Shown here: positions 35,691 to 48,169 of the stretch, one piece after another | Position numbering within the stretch: position 1 is the first letter of the stretch | Layout of the letters: each line of letters begins with the position of its first letter | From: Heptranchias perlo | Taxonomy: Eukaryota | Assembly: GCF_035084215.1 (NCBI RefSeq) | Contig: NC_090328.1 | Location: forward strand, 127,472,001 to 127,536,000 | Length of the DNA: 64,000 nt | Direction of reading: 5' to 3' | The notes under the pieces: generated by a model | Told to the model about the DNA's origin: nothing | Seen by the model: only the letters and a program-made list of their open reading frames with translations | The model's database searches: none | Program-made: the position numbers and the translations under genes

Positions 35691-36022
35691 TCTGTATACG
35701 GCTGCTTTAAATTCATGAATCAGCCATCTTCATTTAATACATTTTTTCAGTTTTATTTCTATTTTCGACGAACGCGTCAACTGCCATCTTGGTAGGCAGC
35801 CCAAGAATATTGTACTAAAAATAACATTTGTAGCATAACAAACAAGCAAAAAATCACATAATTCATAACAAAATCATTAAAAATGTACCCATAAAAATGT
35901 CTGTTTTCTAGTTTATCTGTCTAATGAGTGTTCCCCTCCTCAGAAGCCCAAAGCTTGTATTCTGCTCTTTTCTGAGAGTTTGTTCTGTTCAGCCTGCCCT
36001 TTCTTCCTGATTTTTTTCAAGT

Positions 36023-37140
36023 CTCTGCACATGGAATAAAGGGGGCAGTAGCAAAATGGATACAGAATTGGCTAAGGGACAGGATACAGAGAGTACTGGT
36101 GAATAGTTGTTTTTCGGACTGGAGGAAGGTGTACAGTGGTGTTCCCCAGGGGTCAGTGCTGGGACCACTGCTTTTCTTGATATATATTAATGACTTGGAC
36201 TTGGGTGTACAGGGCACAATTTCCAAATTTGCAGATGACACAGAACTTGGAAGGGTAGTAAACAGTGAGGAGGATAGTGATAGATTTCAAGATGATATAG
36301 AAAAGCTGTTGGCATGGGCGGACACGTGGCAGATGAAATTTAATGCAGAAAAATGCGAAGTGATACATTTCAGTAGGAAGAACGAGGAGAGGCAATATAA
36401 ACTAGAGGACACAACTTTAAAAGGGGTACAGGAACAGAGAGATCTGGGAGTATATGTGCACAAATCATTGAAGGTGGCAGGGCAGGTTGAGAAAGCAATT
36501 AAAAAAGCATAAGGGATCCTGGGCTTTATAAATAGAGGCATAGAATACAAAAGTATGGCGGTCATGATGAACCTTTATAAAACATTGGTTCGACCACAAC
36601 TGGAATATTGTGTCCAGTTCTGGGCACCGCACTTTAGGAAAGATGTGAAGGCCTTAGAGAGGGTGCAGAGGAGATTTACTAGAATGATTCCAGGGATAAG
36701 GGACTTTAGTTACGTGGATAGACTGGAGAAGCTGGTGTTGTTCTCCTTGGAACAGAGAAGATTGCAAGGGGATTTGATAGAGGTATTCAAAATCATGAAG
36801 GGTCTAGACAGAGTGAATAGAGAGAAACTGTTCCCATTGGCGGAAGAACCAGAGGGCATAGATTTAAGGTGATTGGCTAAAGAACCAAACGTAACATGAG
36901 GAAAAACTTTTTTACACAGAGAGTGGTTATGATCTGCAATGCACCGCCGGGGGGATGGTGGAGGCAGATTCAATCATGGCTTTCAAAAGGGAACTGGATA
37001 AGTACTTGAAAGGAAAAAATTTGCAGGACTACGGGGATATGGCGGGGGAATGGGACTAGCTGGATTGCTCTTGCATAGAGCCGGCGCGGACTTGATGGGC
37101 CGAATGGCCTCCTTCCATGCTACCTTTCTATGATTCTATG
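36023..37140 (+). mobile_element. 5'-truncated CR1 LINE
   Basis: GVPQGSVLGPLLFLIYINDL, KFADD, LEYCVQFWAP; (ttctatga)n tail. Confidence 0.92.
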
Positions 37141-37194
37141 TGTAACAAGTTAAATTTTGCCATTTTGTAATCTATTATAAGTGGGTAGAGCCAT

Positions 37195-37295
37195 TGCACT
37201 GCGTTTCCTACATTACAACAGTGACTACACTTCAAAAGTACTTAATTGGCTGTAAAGTGCTCTGGGATGTCCTGGGGTTGTGAAAGGTGCTATAT
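37195..37295 (+). mobile_element. SINE/L2 3' tail fragment
   Basis: tttcctacattacaacagtgactacacttcaaaag...gctatataaatgcaagtc. Confidence 0.65.
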
Positions 37296-38498
37296 AAATG
37301 CAAGTCTTTCTTTTATTCTTTATAAATGTGTATCTAAAAGAGAACACAAATGCAACCAGCAGAAAGAGTGACATTTTAAAAGGGTTGCACCATTATTTCA
37401 GTTTGAAGACTCTGAATAAAAATTCTGAACTTAAACATTTAGTTAAGGAAAACCTTTTAATTACACTAAAAACTTTTGCAGATATGTTTGAAAAATAGGG
37501 AATATACAAATCAATTTAATCTTCTTAAATTTTATATGTCTTGTTCACCATGAAAACAGAAAGCTGAAACAGTGATCATTCTCGCTCTCAGAAAACTTTT
37601 GAAAGGAAATATAATATTTTTGTTTAAAATATTGTACTTTGTATGTCTAACTGTAAAGGAAACAGAAAAAAACTGTAAGGTAAGATATTAATGTTTAAAG
37701 CTGTGTTTCAAATTTAAACAAAAACTGGTTAAAACGGGGAACTGTAACATGGATTGAATGACTTATTTTATTTAATACAGGTCACATAGAGTTTTATTAT
37801 TTTGCAACTTGTTGTTTTCTAGAAAATGTCTATTTTGTGCATCTCACAGCCTGTTCATTTGGTGTTTCTTATTGGCAATGTTAGCTTGGCCTTGATGAAA
37901 TTATCTCTGTGGAAAAATAGCACAATTGTTTAACCACATCAGCTGACACTGGTGGCTGAAAGAGAGAAAGAAAGATGCTTGTATGCCAAAAAAAATATTA
38001 AGAGGTGTACAGAAAGGATTAGGTATCTATGGATTAGCAGACTCAGTACCTAGTGAATTACTGTCCTTGCAGGTGGCCATTCTAACTCATGCTGTTAGAA
38101 GTATTCAGTTTGTTTCTCAAAATCTGCCCCAAAACCCCTGGCTCCACTGTGCACTCATGAGCAATACCATGGGAGATAGCCTATTATTGTATATATTTCT
38201 CATCTTTTTTAAATTATTGCAAAACATGTGCCTGAAGCAGATAAGATGCACAGACTTATTCATTTATGTGACGTTCGTACGTGAACAACGCACATTTATT
38301 TATGTAACTATAGCACGTCAAGCAGTATATTTATTTAACTACAGTACAAGGAAATGTGCTTCTTTCGGTCTTTCTTGCTTTAAACGTTAACTGTTTCTGA
38401 AAGATGTGCAATTGGTTGTGAATGAGCATATTCCCCCTCAGGAACCAATTCATTAAACTCTTTGCTAGTTCAGTACAAATGTTCTTCTTAGACTTCAT

Positions 38499-38656
38499 GG
38501 GGTAGATTTTCACCTTCACCTCCCGGGTGGTAATCTGGGCGGGCAGATTACCTGCCCATCATAGAACCCACCATCGAAGTTAATGGGAATGAAATTCAGG
38601 CAGATGATCCACTACGCCAGATTACTGCCCAGGTGGTGAAGGTGAAAATTATCCCC
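38499..38656. mobile_element. Palindromic Harbinger-type MITE
   Basis: TIRs ggggtagattttcaccttcacc / ggtgaaggtgaaaattatcccc, flanks CAT / CGT. Confidence 0.8.
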
Positions 38657-39099
38657 CGTGTGTTTGATCTTATGCACATCAAACTGCTTGTGAATGTTTG
38701 ACAAAAATAAAATAAGAAATCTCTTTGAAATGTATCTTTTTATTTATCTATCTGCTTTAGGTGAGGAGCACGTTATTTATTTCTCCATTTTTAAAGATTT
38801 ATCTATAACCAATGCCGTAGGAAATCTTTTTAGTGCTGTTTTTCTGCCACCTGTTCTACTATTACTAGATCACACATTTCTGTCAATCTGCAGCATATTT
38901 CAGTTATCTTTTTGGCAGGGTTTGTTTTATCTTTACAAAATCTATTTTGCATTATTATATGGGAACCTCAAAAATATGTGTACACTTTTCAAGGACATTC
39001 ACCGACAAAAGTGAAAATTATCCCCCATGTGTTTGACCTTATGCACATTGAACTGCTTGTGAATGTTTGACAAAAATAAAATAAGAAATCTCTTTGAAA
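38642..39099. repeat. 89-bp direct repeat (38642-38730 and 39011-39099)
   Basis: gtgaaaattatccccc...aagaaatctctttgaaa occurs twice with few mismatches. Confidence 0.9.
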
Positions 39100-39299
39100 G
39101 AAGAAATCTGGTCCCCTGATGTGTGACATTGCAAAACCGTCGAATACAATAATATTTGCCACCGTTGTGTAGGGATTTTTATTCCCTGCTGCCGGCAATT
39201 GACGTGACATCCCAATTTGGTAAAAAGGTACTTAATTAGATTTCACACAAGAACCAACACAAGTAGCATTGGGGTAGTAGTTTAAGGCACAGAGTAAAA

Positions 39300-40080
39300 G
39301 ATCATATCACCCCGTTCTGCACTGGGTAGAGTTGTGTCCACCTCAGGAATCTAGAAGAAAGCGCTTTCCAGCCTGCCTGGGGTCCCTCATCCACTTCGGT
39401 TCACACGCCTCTTTAGCCCCGCCAGGGGTGACCTCTTGGACTCTTTGCCCTCCGTCCTGCTCCACCTGGAGCTACTTCTGTTAGACGGCTCACATGTCCT
39501 TTGCCCTGGCCGGTGTTGACCTGTTGTCCTCAGTCCCCCTTCTGTTGATCTGAATCGTTCGTCAAATAGTTGTTTGGTGGGCCTCCAAAGTCGTGGTTAC
39601 GTTACTCCTGCTAAGCCTCTATAACCTTACGCTGGCAAGGGGTGCTCCTCTTTGCCACTTTTGGAGGTGGTGTCAAGGGCTATTATTGACACAGGTGTTT
39701 TATCCTATAGGGATCTCGCCAAAAGATAGGGTGGCCAATTGGGTGTCAAGCATCTTTCAGGTCAAAGGAAAATGAGTCGGCCTACTCCTTATCTCTTTCT
39801 TTGATGAATAGCGGGTGATGGAGTAGCCCCCCAACCCCCAATGCCATACCCCTTGGATTGACCAATTACCAGTTACACCATTCCCACGGGACTGGCCCCT
39901 CATCTCATCCTGTAGTGTTCCTCTCAAGGCCACCTTTGGCAACTTCTAGCTCCATTATCTGGTGCTTCTGTCTGGATCCCAGGCTTGGAACTACAAGGGT
40001 CTATTGTCTCATATGGACAGTTATCTCGTGGGCGTGTCTGCGTATCTATGGTTACAGTGTATCTGCTGTGCTAGCAACTT
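39300..40080 (-). mobile_element. Possible highly degraded LTR-retrotransposon pol 3' remnant
   Basis: Only faint PGD.V / EGP / Y.I-like motif order on the minus strand. Confidence 0.25.
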
Positions 40081-42221
40081 TCATACTTTTATTTGTTTTA
40101 ATAAAGGACTTTGAAGGGTTTTTGCAAACCTTGATGGATTCTAAGTTATGTGGTTAATTATTATAATATACTTGCTTATTTAGTATTAAAGAGAGAAATG
40201 TGTTCATATAAGGATAGCAAAAAATACATGTCCCAAATACATGTGGTACAATGAGCCAAGGTACAAATATGATTACAGCAATTTGTTGGTTAACAAACAT
40301 CAGATATATGTTTGATTAATACAAAAGGTGAATTGCCCAAACTACATATTTGACACAGATTTTACAGGCGGCGGTATAATCTTATAGTTGTAGTATATAT
40401 CGAGATCTCATCGTGCTTCCCTGAAACATGCTAAAAGTGCCTTTCTTTCACCTATTCTAGTGCTTCTGCTAGATTCAACCCGAGAACCAGTATCACAAAA
40501 GGTTCATGGGACTAGGGTGGCCCTTCTCTCATGGCAACTGGCTCCTGGCAGTGAACTGCTGCTGGCTGCATCTCTGGAGATTGTTCCTGGTCAGTGTGGC
40601 GTTGCCTCCCATATTACGTGCCTGCAAGTAATTGCTATTAGTAAGATTTCCTGTGAGTATCCTCCTTAACCAGAATGCATTATTAAGTTGTACAGCTGTT
40701 ACTTTTAGAGGGCAAAGAATGTGCTGGTGTGTTGGTGCCCAGGTAGCCCAGGAGGAAAAGGAAGAGTGGCTGGCATATTACCTTGCCTGCCCTTAAGGTC
40801 ATTGAACTTGTTGTGGCACTGGCCTGCAGTCCTGTGGGTGAGAGTTGGCACTCAGTGCAAATTCCACCTCCCTCCTCATGGGTTGACTAAGATTTTTAGT
40901 AGGTTTCCTGTCGCAGTCACCCAGCACTATCCCTCCTTTGCTGTTTCATCTTGGAGGGTTTGCAGTTCAGACCCTGTGAAATTTTTCACGGAGAATCCAC
41001 TCTCTCTTCCTTGGGAACCATCACATTCTTCACCCTCTAAGAGTAACAGCTGTACAACTAACCCCTTCACAATACACTCTGGTTAAGAAGGGCGCTAACT
41101 TATGGTATGGCCACCCATCTCTCCTAACAGCAATTACTTGCACGCACAATTCTAAAACTCCTTCCTCCAGTTTAGTAGGGTGATCCCACCATATCTCTGA
41201 CTTCAGATCTTCTATGCCACTTGGTAAACACAACTCACCTGACAGCCTTCACCTAATTTTCACAACAGCAAATGACGCACAATGCCTGAGAGGCAGGCCA
41301 CTGAAGGGGGCACCGTCGACTTAAAGCACCTCACATCTTATGAGGAGCAGGCCATGGAGCTCATAGCTAGGCACTTTTGCCCTTGCTGTGGAAGATGGCA
41401 ATGTTAGGGGCATATTATTGGCACTAGGTTAGTGCCTGAACACCTACCTGTGCCATACCAGTGAAGCACCACACAGCCACAAGCTTCCACCCCCTTCTCA
41501 ATCTCCTGAATCCTAAGAGGGTAATATTCACCTACTTTTAGCTTGTATCCTCCTTTCCTGCAGATTCACCACAGCAACAAGGGGCCACAGAAAGATGAAG
41601 AGGAGCAGGATAATGGTGCTGAGATGGAGGAACAGAGGCATATCTACCTCCTTGTGAACTGTGATCACGAGAAGGAAGAAAAGAAGGATGATTTTGAAGA
41701 CGAAGATGAATTTGGACTCAGTCACCCATGAGTTCGTGCAGAGACTTTCTGCCTCGTGTTCCTCTGACCCAATCCCCTCAAACTTACCCCTTGTGACACT
41801 TACTTCTTCACTCCCCCCACACCAGTGCAGGTATTTTCACCTGGAGGGATTTCGACAGCGTTAGTGTTCATAGCGACTGAGGGAGATGGAGGAGTGGGGA
41901 ATGAGTAAGGATGTGCCACCTTCCCAGTGGAGGCTGAGAAGGCTTTGGAACCCAGAACTCATGGTACTTGTCTGAAGAGAAGGCTGTTCAAGGAACATAC
42001 CTACAGGCTCTGAGGCTAGTCTCTGAGAAAGTACAGCAACTGACAGGTGTCACTCTTGGGACTACAGATCTCCTTTGCAGCAACATCAGGATAGCTTTTC
42101 CTATATTGCACATATCAATGGGGCGTGTGGCAGCTTCACTGGAATTTGCAGCAGATCCTAACTTAGAAGTAGCTAGGGACCAGTCAGAGTTTTCATCTCC
42201 ACAGAAGCACAGGCTGTAGCT

Positions 42222-45200
42222 GTAGTGGCAATAGGGGAGAGAATAGACAGGTGTGATGCAAGTTCGTGGCACCACGGGTGGATCTGCTGCACAGGAGGGG
42301 AGGAAGAAGAGTGGCAGGGCTATAGTGATAGGGGATTCAATTGTAAGGGGAACAGATAGGCGTTTCTGCGGCCACAAATGTGACTCCAGGATGGTATGTT
42401 GCCTCCCTGGTGCTAGGGTCAAGGATGTCACGGAGCGGCTGCAGGGCATTCTGGAGGGGGAGGGTGAACAGCCAGTAGTCGTGGTCCATATCGGTACCAA
42501 CGACATAGGTAAAAAAAAGGGATGAGGTCTTGCAAGGTGAATTTAAGGAGTGAGGAGATAAATTAAAAAGCAGGACCTCAAAGGTAGTGATCTCAGGATT
42601 ACTACCAGTGCCACATGCTAGTGAGTATAGGAACAGGAGAACAGACCAGATGAATGCATGGCTGCAGGGATGGTGTAGGAGGGAGGGATTTAGATTCCTG
42701 GGACATTGGGACCGGTTCTGGGGAAGGTGGGACCTGTACAAGTGGGACAGGTTACACCCGAGCAGGACCGGGACCAATGTCCTCGCGGGGGTGTTTGCTA
42801 ATGCTGTTGGGGAAGGTTTAAACTAGAGTGGCAGGAGGATGGGAACCTGAACGGGGAGTCAGAAGGGAGTAAAGTTGAGAGCAGCAAGAGAGGGGAAGAC
42901 CTAGGGGAAATTTACAATACAAATAGTACAAAGAGTTGTTCAAGAACAAGTGAAAGGGAAAAGCGTAGAGCAGCAGAAAGAAAGTGTACTTTAGGCACTA
43001 CAGATAAAGTGAAAACTAGAAGGCGTAAAGCGATTAACCCAGCATCAAAGCTGAAGGCCAGGCTAGGGTGTGTGGTCCAACTAAGAGTTCTATATAAAAA
43101 TGCACGGAGTATAAGGAATAAATTAAATGAACTACAGGTTCAAATTCAAATTGGAGGGTATGACATGATAGCTATTACTGAGACATGGCTGCAGGATGGT
43201 CAGGATTGGGAACTAAATATATCGGGTTATAAGGTCTACAGGAGAGACAGGGAAAATGGAAGAGGGGGAGGAGTGGCCTTAGTGATTAGAGATGAAATCA
43301 CTTCAATGATAAAGGAGGATATAACGAGAGGTAAACAGCCAACTGAGACCTTATGGGTTGAATTGAGAAATAGGAAAGGATCTAAGACTATAGTGGGAGT
43401 TGTGTATAGGAACCCTGGAAGAAGCTCTGAAGTGGTAGATTGTATAAATGCATAGATTAGACAAGCGTGTAACAAAGGCATAATGGTCTTAATGGGGGAC
43501 TTTAACCTTCACATAGATTGGGAAAAGCAGACTAGCAACTGTCAGAAAGGTAGTGAATTTCTTGAGTTTGTTCGGGATAGTTTTCTACTGCAGTAGAGGC
43601 AACAAGGGGGCAAGCCATACTAGATTTAGTAATGAGTAACAAACCAGATTTAGTTAACAGCTTGACTGTGCGTGAACATCTATCCAATAGTGATCATAAC
43701 ATGATCGAGTTCAATGTGGTGTTTGAAAGGGAAAAAAAGTGAATCAGCTGCTAAGATTCTAGACTTGGGTAAGGCTGACTTCAATGGGATGAGACAGAGA
43801 CTGTCCACAGTAAACTGGGCAAATCTGTTAATGGGTAAAACGACTGATGATCAGTGGGAAATGTTTAAAGAAACATTTAACGTGATACAGAATCGGTTTA
43901 TACCCCTGAGGGGCAAGAACTCTACTTGCCAAAAAAAACAGCCATGGACAACTAAAGAGGTAAGGGACAGTATAAGACATAAGGAAAGGGCATACAAAAA
44001 GGCAAAACATGGCACAGATCCTGGCGAATGGGAAAGATACAAAGATCAACAAAGGGTCACAAAACAGATAGAGCTACAAAAAGAGAGTATGAAAAGAAAC
44101 TTGCAAGGGATATCAAAACCAATACGAAGAACTTTTATTGTTATATTAGGAAAAAGAGGGTGGTCAGGAGCAATGTTGGCCCCTTCAAAACTGAAAGTGG
44201 GGATATTGCCATTGACAATGGGGAAATGGCGGACATGTTGAACAATTATTTTGCGTCAGTATTTACAGTAGAAAAAGAGGATAGCATGCCGGAAATTCCA
44301 AGAAAACTAATGTTGAATCGGGGACCGGGACTCAATAAAATTAACATAAGTAAAACAACAGTAATGAAGAAAATAATAGCACTAAAGAGTAACAAATCCC
44401 CAGGACCAGATGGTTTTCATCCCAGGGTTTTAAAGGAAGTAGGTGAGCACATTGCAGATGCCCTAACTATAATCTTTCAAAGTTCTCTAGATTCAGGAAC
44501 TGTCCCTCTAGATTGGAAAATTGCACATGTCACTCCGCTTTTTAAGAAAGGAGAGAGAGAGGAAAACCAGGGAATTATAGACCAGTTAGCCTAACTTCTG
44601 TTGTGGGGAAAATGGTGGAGTCTATAATTAAGGATAGGGTGTCTGAACACCTCGAGAATTTTCAATTATTCAGAGAGAGCCAACATGGATTTGTGAAAGG
44701 TAAGTCGTGCCTGACAAACCTGATTGAATTTTTTGAAGAGGTGACTAATGTAGTGGACAGGGTAATGTCAATGGATGTTATTTATATGGACTTCCAGAAG
44801 GCATTTGATAAGGTCCCACATAAGAGACTGTTAGCTAAGATAGAAGCCCATGGAATTGAGGGAAAAGTACGGGCTTGGTTAGGAAGTTGGCTGAGCGAAA
44901 AGCGACAGAGAGTAGGGATAATGGGTAGGTACTCACATTGGCAGGATGTGACAAGTGGAGTCCCGCAGGGACCTGTCTTGGGGCCTCAATTATTCACAAT
45001 ATTTATTAACAAATTAGATGAAGGCATTGAAAGTCTCATATCTAAGTTTGCCGATGACACAAAGATTGGTGGCATTGTAAGCAGTGTAGATGAAAACATA
45101 AAATTACAAAGCGATATTGATAGATTAGGTGAATGGGCAAAACTGTGGCAAATGGAATTCAATGTCGACAAATGTGAGGTCATTCACTTTGGATCAATAA

Positions 45201-45975
45201 AGGATAGAACAGGGTACTTTCTAAATGGTAAAAAGTTAAAAAACAGTGGATGTCCAAAGGGACCTAGGGGTTCAGGTAAATAGATCATTGAAGTGTCATG
45301 AACAGGTGCAGAAAATAATCAATAAGGCGAATGGAATGCTGGCCTTTATATCTAGAGGACTGGAGTACAAGGGGGCAGAAGTTATGCTGCAGCTATACAA
45401 AACCCTGGTTAGACCGCACCTGGAGTACTGTGAGCAGTTCTGGGCACCGCACCTTCGGAAGGACATATTGGCCTTGGAGGGAGTGCAGCGTAGGTTTACT
45501 AGAATGATACCCGGACTTCAAGGGTTAAGTTACGAGGAGAGATTACACAAATTGGGGTTGTATTCTGTGGAGTTTAGAAGGTTAAGGGGTGATCTGATCG
45601 AAGTTTAAAAGATATTAAGGGGAACAGATAGGGTGGATAGAGAGAAACTAATTCCGCTGGTTGGGGATTCTAGGAGTAGGGGGCACAGTCTAAAAATTAG
45701 AGCCAGACCTTTCAGGAGTGAGATTAGAAAACATTTCTACACACAAAGGGTGGTAGAAGTTTGGAACTCTCTTCCGCAAACAGCAATTGATACTAGCTCA
45801 ATTGCTAAATTTAAATCTGAGATAGATAGCTTTTTGGCAACCAAAGGTATTAAGGGATATGGGCCAAAGGCAGGTACATGGAGTTAGATCACAGATCAGC
45901 CATGATCTTATCAAATGGCGGAGCAGGCACGAGGGGCTGAATGGCCTACTCCTGTTCCTATGTTCCTATGTTCCT
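42222..45975 (+). mobile_element. Near full-length CR1 LINE: ORF1 SGNH/GDSL esterase remnant plus ORF2 APE endonuclease-RT, disrupted by stops and frameshifts
   Basis: VIGDSIVRG...VVHIGTND...DRLHP (ORF1); NARSI, AITETWL, GDFN, SDH (APE); KFADD (RT); (GTTCCTAT)n tail. Confidence 0.95.
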
Positions 45976-46689
45976 ACTGCCACTTGGGGTTTTCAGGATC
46001 TGATGGCTACCATTAGACCAGCCATCATGCTGGTCAGTGGGAACACAGAACTGGGGCCTAGAGGAATGGTGATGGCTGGAGTGGAGTTGTCTGATCATGT
46101 CATCTCTCAGGACCTCAGCATAAGCCAGGTCTCCAGCCTTCCATCTCAGAGCACCAGGCCAGTGGAATGTTGGAGGCAACACCAAAACAAGCTCCAGAGA
46201 TGCAGCAGCAGCTTCCTGCCAGAAGCCAACTTCCATGAGAGAAGGACCACCTTAGTCCCACGATCCTTTTTTACATCCGACCATCTCTTGCGATACTCCT
46301 CAGGTTGCTCCTAGGAGAAGCACTAGAATGGGTGAAAGAAAGGGATGTTTAGCCATCCAGGAGAAACAACGTGTTAGAAAAGAATAGATTGGCTTGTGTT
46401 CACTTTGGACTTCTTTGTAATAAAATAGAATGTGAACATAGGTTGTGCTTTGTTATTCTTGGAGGGTAGAGTAGTACATGCAAAGGTATAATTATTTGGT
46501 GCTAACTCATTCATTAAGCGATGATGTTGGCACCATCATTTAGGTGAAAAGGGAGAACTGTATTGTGTTCTAGGTTGGTACTGAATTGAACAAATGTTCC
46601 TTTATTTTAAAATAGGGGAGAAGAAGGTAAGGCACTGGTGCCAAAAGTACACTGTTAAACAGAAGAAAATTCTTAAGTGATATGTGCTC

Positions 46690-47708
46690 TGATTCCCCCT
46701 TGCAATGGTTACTGAAGTCCTATGAATGTATGTCATAATGATGCTGTCCTCCATTTAGCTCTGCCTGCAAAGCAGCTGGAGCTGTCTCCCCAGTAATGTC
46801 CAGGCATTTTTGTATGGCACAGTTGTGCATGACACAGCAGGCTGCAACTATGCGTGATACACAATCTGAAGTATACTGCAAAGCCCCTCCTGACTGTCTA
46901 GGCAGCAAAAGCATCCCTTTAAGACCACAATGGTCCTCTCGATGACCACTCTTGTAGAGGCATAGGCCTCATTGTAGGGGTCCTCTCATGCTGTTCGGGC
47001 CACTCTTAGTGGGGTTTTTATCTTAATGGGAGCATGAGGTAGGTTTTGGCACCCACTAGCCATCAGTTGATATGATTTTTTTTCCCCCTGAAGGTGTCAA
47101 GGTGGTCCAAATTTTGAAATATGAATGCATCGTGACATTTTTCAGTGTACCTTAAATTGATGTGTACGACCCTTTGCACGTTGTCACACACAATCTGTAC
47201 TTTCAGGGAGGGGAAGCCCTCCCTGTTGAGTGGGGTTTCTGTAGAAGCTCGCAAAGCAACATGGGTGCTGCCAATTGCAGTTTGGACTTTGGGAAAGCCA
47301 GCCTTGCTGTGCTGCCAAAGTTGATTAAAGTGCGTCAGTTAGCTGACGAATGCTATCCTGGACTGTAACCTGGTTGATGCTACAGACATTGTCTGTGGCT
47401 GCCCGAGATAAGCTGGTGCCATAAAAGTTGAGTGCAGTCATCACCTTCATAGAGGTAGAGAGGGTTGAGTGGGCAGATGACCGTGGTTGCATGTCTTCAT
47501 GCAATAGGTGGCAGGGTTCCCCTATTGCTTCTTTGATGAAGCACACTCTTATACATGACTCCTTAGTATGACCTGTTTTACCAGTATATTCTACGGGATG
47601 GGTTTGATATCTAGTAGTGTCCATCCTCCTAAAATGCTGCCTGGGTCCCCTTTGCTCCATTCTCTGCTGTTCCTCACACATGATAATTGTATATAAGGGT
47701 GTGCCCAT
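46690..47708 (-). pseudogene. Degraded Harbinger transposase
   Basis: KVMTALNFYGT, IRQLTDAL, NREGFPSLKVQIVCD, CHDAFI, SGGALQYT...AACCVMHN. Confidence 0.85.
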
Positions 47709-48169
47709 AGGGGATGCTATACCTGGTCCTTAGAAGCCCTCACTCTCAATGGGGAGTGAATGGGTCGAAATTTTCTGGTGGCCTCAATTGTCGGAAGCAA
47801 GTTCAGGTCTGTGTAAACAGAATACTGCAGTGCCACTAGCCCTCCATTATAGTATATGTAAGTGAGCTCACTCAGGACTCGGCAGGTAGGTCGCAGGAAG
47901 GGACAAAACAAGTGCAGGAACTCGGTTATTCACTTTGGACGGAAAAGTGGTGTAAACAGCTTCTTCCCCATTTTGCACTGATTATATGCTGAAATAACAT
48001 TCAAATCAACATGGAATTTCTAGGTCCTTATCTTTAATAAAAATACCCCATTTTCAACAACTCACATTTTTCTCATGAGTCAAACTATAAAAACGTCATA
48101 ATAAGGGGATATATTGTATTGAGTGGGGTGACCATGGATCTGCTCTGAGATCCCTCCTATTCTTTACAT

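Larger units (their letters stand above)
41230..48027. mobile_element. Old Harbinger fossil interrupted by a CR1 LINE
   Basis: Myb exon-2-like THNA.ERQATEGG...LTSYEEQAMEL (41269-41427), exon 3 split by CR1, convergent transposase remnant, TIR-like ggaatttctaggtcc at 48013-48027. Confidence 0.75.
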
